From Ostrea edulis (lineage: Eukaryota): a stretch of 64,000 bases of DNA. Shown here piece by piece: positions 13,765 through 25,469 of the stretch. The stretch spans positions 71,052,001 through 71,116,000 of the forward strand of contig NC_079164.1 of assembly GCF_947568905.1 (NCBI RefSeq). The letters are read 5' to 3'. The notes under the pieces are model-generated. The model saw only the letters and a program-made list of their open reading frames with translations. It was not told the origin of the DNA and did no database searches. The translations under genes were made by a program, and so were the position numbers. How positions within the stretch are numbered: position 1 is the first letter of the stretch; the number at the start of each line of letters is the position of its first letter.

Positions 13765-14286
13765 CGTCATCCGACTTCACGCTCTTGTCGTCCGCCAGCA
13801 GACCGTCAATACTGTACTTAGACCTGTCGTTGTCGTTCATGATGACGTTGTTGTCGTCGCTTGTCCGCGGTTCGTCGTCCTCAGAATCACTACCCATATT
13901 CTGGAACCTGCTCCTCAATACCCGACTGATGGAACTCACGCTGGGAACAGATGATCTGTCACAGATACCATCCTTAAGCAACCGGTCTCTTATTTCCCAG
14001 CTAAATATACCGGGATTTTCACGTTTATACTGTTCGATTTTTCTCTCTACTTCTGGGGTAGCCACTCGGGGTTTGCTTCCACCTATCACTCCTGGACGAA
14101 TACTTCCGGTTTCTTGGTACCTCTGTAGAATTTTGCTGACACAGCCGTGAGATACCCGTAACTGTCTGCTGATGACACATGGTCGAACTCCCTGTGCTGC
14201 CAGTTCCACGATCTTCAAACGAATGTGATTCGGGAGGGGTCTGCCGTTGATGAACACCCCACCCAACTGGTTTACTCTCCCTTGCC
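13765..14286 (-). CDS. Pax3/7: Pax3/7 exon 2: whole paired domain plus octapeptide
   Basis: Acceptor ttttttcag|GG CAA and donor GAC G|gtaaat; 522 nt, phase 1-1. Encodes [30 protein letters not shown]...[10 protein letters not shown] and octapeptide YSIDGLLA (Pax3/7 consensus HSIDGILG). Confidence 0.97.
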
Positions 14287-16454
14287 CTGAAAAAATTCTA
14301 AGATTTTAAAAATACGTTTCGGTTTTCCAACAGTACAGTCAATGACACTTGGACATCGGGAGTCTGTTAGGGAAATTAAATAATAGATGTGGTATGAAAG
14401 TAATAGTTGTGTGTATATTAATTCGTAATTAGTCAGGTACACGTATCAACACCCATTGAAGACGATTGCCACTATGATTATAAAAGACGAAACAACGGAA
14501 TTTCATGATTAAAGCAGCCATTATCTGCTCTCAGGATTATTTTAAAAACGGGGTTTAAAAGTATAAGTTATTTATTAATTATTGATGAGGCTGTGCATGT
14601 GGTTGACCGCATCTTTCTTTGACTGTAAAACCGTTAAAAAGTTGGGTTCGTAACAGCTGTTTCTTGTCATTATACAAATACGAAACCTTAAGTTGTACTT
14701 AGCGAGATGTAAAGAAAAAAAATCTGCATGAAATAGATTTGGCTCGGTTTATGCAATGGCGCTATTCAAATAAAATGAAAGGATGAATAAAACAGATTTT
14801 CACTAAACCTAGACGCTAAAGGATATCAATATTGGCCATACCTGCGGAAGCTGAAACGGGATATTTACTTTAAGTTACAATTTCTTTGATTTGGTATTCA
14901 CACTCATTTTTAAAATTAACGTTGGTGGCAAAACGAAGTTTTTATTTCCTCATTTTGATTAAAAGAAAACATTTGTTTACGGATTTAAAATATGTTACAA
15001 ATACACAACTTTATTTGTTTGTATTCGTGTTGAGAATATGTTATATTAATTTATGGTAAAGATAAAACGATTATTCATTTTTCTTACTGCAAAAATTAAC
15101 ATATACAAAAACGAAATGATAAAAGCTGACGCAAACCTGTTCCGCGAGACATTGGGCATTTTGCCCTTATAGATTTCTCTTCGATTATATTTATATAATA
15201 CATGTAACAGTTAACAAACCTTTTATCAAAGCCTCTGTTTCCATCTTACTGTAATCCATTGTGCATGCATTATAATCATGCTGGTAATTTGGATAGTAAT
15301 AGTAATTTTCCACTTTTTGTGGGATTTGCATTTTTTGCATAGCTGTAGTTGTTGGAGCAGGCAGAGAACGAGGTGTAACAATTTTGTTAGAATGTGACCA
15401 GCAATACACCCTACCCAAATTATATGCAAATTTCCCTCATGAATAATTTACTGAAAACAATCACGGCCGGGGCTTCGTTACGAACGAGAATTTTGCCTGT
15501 TATGTGCGATCAAATTTCTTATCAAGGGGTTGTCCTTTCTCTTCATCGCTACAAATCAAACATTTAATGAAGTCCGTCCATAAAGTATATCTTACAATTA
15601 AAAGGATTTCGCCCAAGTGGTCAGCGTAGGAGCAAAGGTGTCCGACGAAACAACATCGTACATCAAAGTAATTAAACACGCGTCAGAATCCCTCATCTAC
15701 CGGTCCTTTGAGAGATAGACATCTACTGGCGCTTACTGCTCGCCAAATCGCGGGATCGAATCGTTTTATCCAAGGTTGGGACTACGAGATTAATCACCAA
15801 TTAATGATTTACATGTAAGGAACTTTATGGCAATTAAGCAAACTTTTTGTAAGATGATGGAACCATATTTTACCGGTACGTTTACCATCCCAGCCATTTG
15901 TTGGTGGAGAAAAGCAAAGATGTGTTCAAAGCGAATCTTTGTTATTTGACGGTCTGGGAATCCAAGTTTTGTACCTACGACAAATCGGAGAATTTTGTTG
16001 TACGTAACCGTATAAATGCGTTTACAAATCAGTTTTGTATGCGGATAAAACTTGCCTATTGTTTGATTGGACTGCTGATTTTCATTTGCTGAGTATCCAA
16101 ACTTAAAACAGCCACGAACTTGCTACACAGCCATATCTATTTAAACTCAACTACACCCAGGGTTGAAAATGGTTCATATTTGACTAAATGTAACAGGCAA
16201 ATAATTTATTCAAACCTGTGACAAATGACTAATTTGCGATTTCACGGAACATGTACATGAATTTGATTTCGGCAAGCTTTCTGTGTCCTGAGGGGGACAA
16301 TTTTCTCTGATGTAACCAGGGTTCGCTACGGGTACTAGCCGTGTTCTTTGAAGTCCGACCTCCACCTCTTAAATGAGGAAAACCTGATAAAGTGAATTTG
16401 CGTACCATGTTTACAGAAAATAAAATGTAGAGTTACATAAGGTAACTTGCTCAA

Positions 16455-16457
<3 letters not shown>

Positions 16458-16518
<61 letters not shown>
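16458..16518. repeat. (CT)n microsatellite
   Basis: Direct reading. Confidence 0.99.
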
Positions 16519-16521
<3 letters not shown>

Positions 16522-17586
16522 CCCCCCTCTCTCTCACCCACACAACCTACAAAATATTGTATATAATAAACAGAAATTTGCGAGTTAGGTGACCAAACTT
16601 AGATTACATAAATGCTACTCATAGTATTACAATTGAAGAAAAAATAGTGAAAGGACAAAAGGCAGAGTCGAGCATCTTCCAAACCGTGGGCCATGCAGGA
16701 TATGCAACCACTCACAAACACACGCACTGCGCGTTATACTGTAACCATAACGACGTGGGACAATAATGACTTTCGTTTCAAAATATAATTCTGAAATGGT
16801 CGACGTGAAATGATAAAAGCAGATCAAAGCCCCTTGCAATTGCACCCAGTGGCCTGCAAGTGTTCGCCAGTTTGCGTATCATGATCTATAAAATTACATT
16901 AATTAAGACCCGATTATTTTGTGTAGAACTAATCAAATTTGATCGGTCGATCCTTACAAATATTAACTCCATTTTTTTTTATAATGAAACGCTGAGGAAG
17001 GCTGCTATGCATAACGAACCCACGGATTCAACGTTTTGTTCCTTTCATATGCTCTGAGAAAAATACCAAAATATACATACGTTTTCAGATATAAGACAAA
17101 AATACATCATGCGGCGGGAGGAGGGCTTGTAGCTACTACCATTGGGGGTAAATGTATCTATAAATGATATTCTCAACCGTAGATGTAAATTTGAGATAAG
17201 GGCGTGGATTAGTTAGGTGTACTGTAATATAGTATTACGAGAGGGTCTCGTGTATTGTGTAAGCAATAGGGGCTCCAGTTTGTGTCTATCAAATATAATA
17301 ACTGGCATATCTATATTCATTATACGATGTACCTGATAACAGCATGTCGCCAATGGAAGCGATAACATTTTAATTAGAAATCAGATTTCCACTGTAAGAT
17401 CATTTGTATGTTCCTTTTCGGGTTAAATGCATTGAAACTGATCCAATGCCTATATTAAGAAAATTCTTCACATTCAATTTCAATTCGAACCTTCTCAAGA
17501 AATACAATGCATTCTCTTCACATGTGTAACATGGGATTTTACTGTAAAATCAAAGCATATATACATGTACGTCTCATTCTAAACTC

Positions 17587-17587
<1 letters not shown>

Positions 17588-17673
<86 letters not shown>
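17588..17673. repeat. (TA)n microsatellite interrupted by CCGG
   Basis: Direct reading. Confidence 0.99.
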
Positions 17674-17674
<1 letters not shown>

Positions 17675-17923
17675 CACGGAAATAACCTTGAAATAAAGAG
17701 TGTTTAATTTGAAAAAGTACAATTAAACTCTTCGTTGGGTTTATCTTACTGTATCGTTTGTTTTTTTGTAATAAAAAGCCCCCGAAATTTTGATTTCAAA
17801 TGATGGAGGCCAGCCAGTTCAGTCTTGTTATCACAAAACTTTATACAGTACATGTACCACATTTTTGAAAAAAAAAGATATAAAAACAATAGAATTTACA
17901 ATAAGAAATATATGATCGTATAC

Positions 17924-17987
17924 CTTCCATCTGAAAGGACGGCATCAAGCCAAGCGCTGCTAGATGATAGGAAAACATGATGGACAT
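17924..17987 (-). CDS. Pax3/7: Pax3/7 coding exon 1 (MSIMFSYHLAALGLMPSFQME-G)
   Basis: ATG at 17987, 64 nt, ends phase 1 at GAA G|GTATAC. Joined to exon 2 it gives ...[14 protein letters not shown], the expected lead-in to the paired domain. Competing first exons exist in intron 1. Confidence 0.75.
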
Positions 17988-18099
17988 CCAATTCTGCCGA
18001 TTATCCCGGATTTCGAGGTGCGAATGTTGGATCGGTATCCGGAGATAAGTCACCTGTTGCCCAATATATACGTAATATCCCAATATCAAATTGGTGTCA

Positions 18100-18600
18100 A
18101 AGCGAAAAATGTTATCAGGAATGTTTAATTTCGAAAATGTTTATTTTTAAAAAGAGATCTTATAGCTTGTGCCAATCAGAGAAAAGGGCGGTGACATCGG
18201 TATTGAAGAAAAGTGATGCGTAAAGACACCGCTTCCGTATCAAATCGAATAGACATCAAGCCAGAGGTGTGAAAGCAACAAATGGAAGGCGGAGCTTGGA
18301 GATTAATTCAGCACACCTGAAGCAATGTGGTCACGGGATATTGGTGATTTTTAACTCCATCTCGGGGAAAGGCGAGGCGGGAAACATAAGCGAAATCGGA
18401 TTATCGCGGCATCGTTGACAAACGATGGGCTCTTGATATTTTAGAGAGCTACTAGTTTTTATCATTAAAAAAGAAAACACATTCAATATTGTCCCTTTCT
18501 CTCCGTGCCAGATAATATCCGGCATAAGAAACGGATCTTTTAAGAGCGTTGTAGATATTGAACAAGGCGGAAGGAAGGAGAAAGTTACGAAGATTTTCAC
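18100..18600 (-). promoter_or_regulatory. Probable Pax3/7 proximal promoter / 5' UTR region
   Basis: GC- and CpG-richer patch directly 5' of exon 1, with CCAAT at 18172 and GGGCGG at 18186. The TSS cannot be determined from sequence. Confidence 0.35.
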
Positions 18601-20394
18601 ATATCCACGCTTCTTGACGTGGAACTAAGCAATCGTCTTTAATTTCCTACATCTGATTCCAACTATTGGAAGAAATGTACATTTTTCAGTCTAAATCTAA
18701 TCACGAGTTTGTATGAATAGTAGATTCTGGAAGGGAGACAACTACAATCAGGAAACATAACGATTATATATATGTTATCACACAATATGTATATTGATGA
18801 ATTATAATATTCAGGCAGATCACTTTTCACAAATTGTAATTACTAATCTATTTTGTATAATATCAATTTTGATGCCAAAGCGCTTTAGGGGTAATGCTCT
18901 TTGGTATTCTACAATAAAGGGTATGGAAATTGATGAGACCAGGTTTATGTATACCTGCAAATCAAATTATTAGTCTACAATTTGTCGAGAAGATAATGGT
19001 TGATTTTTCTGTCATTTTCAGTACGTATCTAGAAACACTTTTTTATGATCAAAGAGATTTCAAAATCAAATCACTGTTGTTAATGTTCGAGCCATTTTAT
19101 ATCTTTTCAATGAATTCCACAAAATATGTAGACAGTATTTTCTAATTAAAAACGATTTATATTCTACTTTTAAGCGAGAACATTTCAAATGTCACTTTTG
19201 AAAAACATAGAATACTATAATTAAATATATATATATTTTTACTCATCTTCAATATTGATATTTTTTTTTACTCATCTTAAATACTGATATAATTTTTTTT
19301 TTACTTATCTTAAGCGTCTGATTAGAAAACTATCGCGGAAGGTCGCCACCCATTCTGTCCGTCGGAATAAAATTTTCCATTTCAGATTAATGTCGATCTT
19401 TGAAGTTAAAGATTTTAAAGATCTTGATACACATCTAATACATGTATGTAATAGGGACTCAGTAAATGGGTATCATTGTTAAAATGGAGAACTCGAGCGA
19501 GTGTAGCTGTAGAAATCAGAACGTGTGACGACAAATTTCCCAGGTTCATGTGCAAGGAATTTCCAAAAGGATGGTTGGTTGTTAGTCCATAAAGTATGTT
19601 AACTAAGTACATGTACTATGATAAATACCGGTATATTTTCCGAGATTTTTTTTTTCAAAATGATTTTTGCTCCATAAGTGTTTAATATTAGTCGTTAGAA
19701 GTGTCAACAAAACTGAACAGATTTTATGATCTGATGTCAACCTCATGTCGTACATAAATTATAGAAAAAACCAAAAAGCCGATGAATTTCGAGAAATAAT
19801 AGTGAATACGATATACACGTGTTAAACACAATTATCATTTCCTCATCATTGCAATCTGTAGTCGATTCCAGTAATTTTTAAAACCTGTCTTTTAACATCA
19901 CTGGTATACAAGTTTAACGAATTTTCTTTCAAAGACGAACCACATAAATCTACAATAACGCTATCTACCTATCAGACAACCGCATATGAAAATTCAGTTT
20001 CCTAGGTTAAAACAATGTGGAGAAATTTGCGGAAAACTACATTCAACATAAAGTCCCATATATCTCATAGAACGAACTGTAAAGATAGATTAGCAAATAT
20101 CAGATTTGAAAGTCCGGAAAACTAAGTTGTGACAGGAGGAAGTGGGAAGAGGAAACTAGCGGTTCCCTTCAGCACGACATGAAATAACTGTAAGAAATCA
20201 CGACAGTTAATTATTGTCAGAAAATTCTAGTTTAATTCAGCTCTGAGCAACTGTCTAACGAAACGGCTGGTTAGTTGGTTGTATATAATGTTTAACGTCA
20301 CACTCGAGAATTGTTCACTCCTATGAAGACGTCACCATTGCCGGTGAAGGTCTGCAAAATTTAGGCCTATGCTCGGCGCTTACGGCCTTTGACA

Positions 20395-20763
20395 TACGTT
20401 GCAATATTTGATCTTTTCCATTTGTATTGTATAATTTTTATTCATATTATATAATTTTTATTCATATTGTATAATTTTCACCTGTATTCTATGCTTTCTA
20501 TAATATTTCATTTTCATTTAAATTTTATACGATACAAATGGAAAATATACCAATATGAATACATACAACACAAGTGGAAAATATGGAACATATTTGAGAA
20601 ATATACAATGTATAATACAAAGGAAAAAATGTATAATACAAAGGAAAAACCATACAATACAAATTATATAATACAAATGGGAAATATACATTGCAATTAT
20701 GTTTTCCCATACAAATGACAACAAATTCAATACCAATTGAAAAGATGAAATATTACAACATTT
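20395..20763. mobile_element. AT-rich foldback MITE
   Basis: ~35-bp imperfect inverted ends (gttgcaatatttgatcttttccatttgtattg vs caataccaattgaaaagatgaaatattacaac) and internal short duplications. Confidence 0.55.
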
Positions 20764-21507
20764 GACATGCCATAGTCACGGTGGCAAATCACGTGACCTT
20801 GACATGATTAATTCGGGACTTTCGAAATACGAGTCCATTCTGAATTTTATCGCTTGTTGAACGTAACCTTACGAATTACAATAACAACCGAGTAAACAAG
20901 CATGGGATAATTCAATTGCTATCGAATTCCTGCATTCAAATGATATTTTTCGAAGAAAGGAATCACCACAACCATTTAGAGAAAAATGCATTTGATTAAA
21001 TTACGTGATTTGGCGAGGGAAATAAATCTGGGGAATATCTTGAGGATATCGGTAAAACTTCACGCCTTGCATGCCAGGATACGCGTCTAAATGCGCCTTT
21101 TTCCTTCCATCTAATTTACACCCAGGTACTAAGCACCAATAGTGACTTGGATCGTTATCGGAGGACTGCGCATAGGTCTTAACTGTAACGTCTGCTAGCT
21201 AAACACTGTTTGTATCAACGTCAACTTTGCCCTACAATTGGTAACTATCACGTGACCGCGACACTTCCTAACAGTTTCGTATTACACGGAAATCTACACA
21301 AGGGAAAAATCAAACGAGTAAGTAACACCTTTATCGATAACGAATCGTCACATAACTTATATCAACATTTGAAGAATTTTCCCAGAAACAAATCTATACT
21401 AAAATGATAGTTCTACGTGCGATAGAAGCGGGGAACACTGACACGGGTTTTTCTTTTCGTCAAAATCTTTCCCACCGCCAAAAAAAAATTGTGTCAGCTC
21501 TGAAAGT

Positions 21508-21740
21508 CGAACGTTATGATCTTGACCAGATTGTATCCCCTGTTGAATTTGAACTTTAAGGTCCAGATCAAATATAAGGATGGTTTTTAAATCTGAGGTT
21601 AAATGTCAAAACCACAAATATTGAAAATCCATTAGGTATATATATCAAATACAGCTTTAACAATAAGACTTATATTGAAATATTTGCATGTTTCAAGGTT
21701 TTAAAAAATATGCTTTTAATAAAACACATTTTGATTTCAA
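21508..21740 (+). repeat. Dispersed repeat, also at 28653-28716 and 28942-29160
   Basis: Shared gaccagattgt..ttgaatttgaacttt..ggtcca.atcaaata and caataagactt.tattgaaata.ttgcatgtttcaag. Confidence 0.7.
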
Positions 21741-21949
21741 CCTAGAATATTAAATTTCTGTTAGAACCACGTACTGTAGTCCTTTTTTTATATAAGAAAA
21801 ACACCTTGTCTACATATTATCATGTCAAGGAAATGCATGACGTATTGTAGTAAATGCATGTAATCGATTGAATAATCTAAGGACTAAGTGCGACAACTGG
21901 CTTATCCTGAATTTTAAACGTTTGTCACTTTCTCTGATGTATGTGACAT

Positions 21950-22085
21950 NNNNNNNNNNNNNNNNNNNNNNNNNNNNNNNNNNNNNNNNNNNNNNNNNNN
22001 NNNNNNNNNNNNNNNNNNNNNNNNNNNNNNNNNNNNNNNNNNNNNNNNNNNNNNNNNNNNNNNNNNNNNNNNNNNNNNNNNNNNN
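21950..22085. other. Assembly gap (136 N)
   Basis: Run of N. Confidence 1.
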
Positions 22086-22420
22086 CCCAGATGAATAAAG
22101 AATTTTTATTTTTTATTTGTGCGTCTATCTAACCAGGATACATAGAAAAATATCTATTGAAAATTTCATTGAGATACTTCTTGAAAATAAAGAAGATATA
22201 GGCCTGTGTATGTAAGTATGTTCTATTGCATTCACGACGTCAACAGGCGGTAGTTACACATCTTAATTAACACTGAATCAACCTTTTAAGATTCTGCTCT
22301 TAATTTTATTCTTCATTACTAAATTTAAAAATTAATATAGATACCACCAAACATTTATTTTCTCAAAATCAAACAGTAAACATTTAAAAGGACCAATAAA
22401 TAGTTAAACAAGCAAATTCA

Positions 22421-23235
22421 AACAAGAGGTTCTGTGAGCAATGTTCACTAAGAATACCCCCGCTTACCCCAATCTCCCAAAGGGTGTTGTTAATAGGTTA
22501 AAATTACCTCTTTCCTGAGTGTAAAGATATGGTATGCCTTTGTAGAAAAAAATGGAAGATATAGTCCGAACACAAATCCATGGCATAAACCTATAATTAT
22601 GACCTTGAGATCAAAGGTCAATGTCATAAAGAGGTTATGAATGTACATGAAACATAATCTCATGGTGATACACCCATGTCTTATGGTATGACTATGTCAA
22701 AACCCTATAATCAATTTTGACCTTGAGGTCAAAGTTCAAGGTCATATAGAGGTCATGAAGGTGCCCGACACATCGTCTCATGGTGATACACTCGTGTGTC
22801 AATTATGGTATGCCTATGTCAAAGAACAAAGAAGTCATGGCCCTGACACGAATCCATTGTAAAAACCTTTAATTTTGACCATGAGGTCAAGGTCAAATGG
22901 AGGTCATGAAGGTACATGACACATCGTCTCATGGTGATACACTCATGTGTCAAATATGGTATGCCTATGTCAAAGAACAAAGAAGTTATGGCCCGGACAC
23001 GAATCCATTGTAAAAAAAAAACCCTTTAATTTTGATCTTGAGGTCAAGGGTCAAGGTCATATAGAGGTCATGAAGGTACTAAACACATCGTCTCATGGTG
23101 ATCCACCTGTGTGCCAAATATGGTATGCCTAAGTCAAAGAACTTATGGCCCGGACACGAATCTGCACAGACTGACAGACAGAGTGATTCCTATAATACCC
23201 CCCCCCCCCCTCCGAACTTCGTTCGGGGGTTATAA
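22421..23235 (+). mobile_element. Helentron/HINE (CvA/pearl-like) non-autonomous element with internal satellite array
   Basis: Starts AACAAGAG; ~4 tandem 151-166-bp units (22560-23165; ttgaccttgaggtcaa.., atggtatgcctatgtcaaa); GACA microsatellite; terminal hairpin ccgaacttcgttcgg followed by TATAA. Confidence 0.85.
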
Positions 23236-23348
23236 TTACATGTAGTAACAGTCCACAATTACAAGTCATTGACACACGTGTCAGATTTATAGGAAAACCA
23301 GAGAAAAACTAAGTATATCATATATAATTCATACCATTTACACTAGAT

Positions 23349-24423
23349 GCAAGGTGAAGATAACGAACAGTGATCAATCTCATAACTCCTACAAGCAATA
23401 CAAAATAGATAGCTGGGCAAACACGGACCCCTGGACACACCAGAGGTGGGATCAGGTGCCTAGGAGGAGTAAGCATCCCCTGCTGACCGGTCACACCCGC
23501 CGTGAGCCCTATATCCTGATCAGGTAAACGGAGTTATCCGCAGTCAAAATCAGTGTGCCAAGAACGGCTTAACAATCGGTATGAAACACGTCAGACAGCA
23601 TTTGACCCAATGCGAGGTTGTATTGACGAACTAGATCGTTATAACGACCATAGAATTTGCGAAATGCTGACTTCAATCGAGACTGTTGAAATCTCTGTAC
23701 CATCAACTTGTTTGTCAGTAGCTTACCTCGATTTAAAAACTGACTATACCCAGAACAAGCTCTTGCATATCGAATCAGTTGAGATATATAAACACCATAT
23801 GCAGGTGATAATGGAATATTGCTACATAAATGTTGGAAGTTGACGATGGAGAAGCTGAAATCATCCCGTTTGTCATACAGTTGAGTTGTTAGTTTGCCGT
23901 TAATGTCTACTTTCAATAAAATATCTAAGTATGAAGCAGAAGTGGACGACTCTGTGGTGTCCTTTATTTCGAGCTCACAGGGATATATCAAATCGACATA
24001 TGAATGAAAGCTATCATTGTTAATAGACAAAACGTCATCGATATATCTAAAAGTCGAATTGAAGGCCACAGCGAGAGATTTTTTCTTCTCACGTAGAAGT
24101 TTTTGAATAAATTGTGCTTCATATGAATATAAAAACAGGTCAGCTAACAAAGGAGCACAATTCGTGCCCATGGGAATTCCAACAGACTGTTGGAAGACCT
24201 GATCACCAAAGACCACGAAGATATTGTCAATGAGGAACTCTAGCATATTTTTTATTTCAACTTCAGAGTACTTGTGCGTGGAATCAGAGTGGTGTTTAAC
24301 AAAGTAAGTTTTTGAATGACTGATCACTAGATATGAATATTTCCGTTTTCCGTTTTTGTTGAAGAAGCAACTGTCTATGATGTCAAAAATTCTAGTCTTG
24401 AATTTATCGTGAGGAATGGTCGT
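23349..24423 (-). mobile_element. Penelope-like retroelement, 5'-truncated, RT C-terminal half nearly intact
   Basis: 252-aa ORF with GIPMGTNCAPLLADLFL, FRYIDD, YDKRDDF and AYGVYISQLIRYAR (PLE-type RT), followed by the conserved 3' UTR ending ...ttatcttcaccttgc. Confidence 0.9.
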
Positions 24424-25281
24424 TTAAATTGAATTATAAAATTATTTCCTCAATGAACTCGTAACATCTTGAGTGCGTCAGTATAACGCCGTGCTCCCAC
24501 TTTCTAATGACGTGCAGATCACAATTCAAAAAAAATAATAAGATTCCTTTATGAAAATAAAATACTGTGATGTCCACTTAAAATTTTATTATTTTTATTG
24601 ATTTCTGTGGTTTTTTTTTCTTTTTCTTTCTTTCCCAAAATGCACCCGGCCGTGACAGTAACTTGGTCTAGGGCCTAGTTGTCAACAATGTAACGTATTA
24701 TAATTTGTCTAATCCAAAAATAAATGATAATTGCACTGTTTATTTTAGGGGGGAACCCAGCGCCAATTACAGATGTATAAAGGAATAATATCACCAAACT
24801 ATTTGTAGACAGCGACCTATATAAACATTTACTCGCAATATTGCTGTTTTCATACACGCTTTCCTCGCTATATTTGGGTATTTACATCGCTATATGTATG
24901 CACTGGTGGCGAAAACATATAAAACTCGGAAAAATTGTCAACATCGATTTGAATGTTGCCCATGGTGAATAAATTAGGCCCCTAAAAGCTGAGTTTTTGA
25001 TAATATCTTACACTACTTTCACAATCCGAAGGGCGCATGTGACGTCACTGTACCACGTGACTACCTACCAAATTAATAAGGCTTTTTGAAATCGGTGCTT
25101 AGATTCAAGTCTGTATTGTGATTAATTATCGCAAAATTTCGGCGAACGAACTATTAGAATTAATTACTATACAGATAAAGATAGTTTATTGCCAAATAAT
25201 GGGCCTCTAGGGTCATAGATATTTTAAACATTGCAATTAAGTACAATATGTTTGAATAACAACTAAAGGTACCAAGGGACG

Positions 25282-25469
25282 ATGCATAGCTCTTATCCTT
25301 GGACGAATTTGGCTCCACGTTTTTGGCACGCTGTTTTTGGCTATATTTAGCTCTAAAACTTCATAGTTATCTCGGATTTCAAACATTTCGGTTGAGCATC
25401 ACTGAAGAGACATTATTTGTCGAAATGCGCATCTGGTGCATCAAAATTGGTACCGTAGAAATTTTACAT
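25282..25469 (+). mobile_element. Penelope-like LTR / retrozyme fragment carrying the hammerhead
   Basis: Surrounds the hammerhead and interrupts the LINE 3' UTR in the opposite orientation. Minimal hammerheads with a palindromic stem III are established hallmarks of PLE pLTRs. Boundaries approximate. Confidence 0.6.
25392..25444 (+). ncRNA. Minimal type I hammerhead ribozyme
   Basis: Stem I GCATCA/TGGTGC, core CTGAAGA, stem II GACA-TTATT-TGTC, GAAA, palindromic stem III ATGCGCAT, cleavage triplet ATC (cut after 25433). Confidence 0.85.

Noticed and set aside
13785-14150. 121-aa plus-strand ORF
   Set aside because: Antisense shadow of the paired-domain exon.
21868-22098. ORF spanning the N run
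   Set aside because: Artefact of the assembly gap.
23349-23560. HDV-like ribozyme or SECIS in the PLE 3' UTR
   Set aside because: A 7-bp GATCAGG/CCTGATC pairing exists, but the rest of the pseudoknot does not fit, and no convincing ATGA/AA/GA SECIS core was found.
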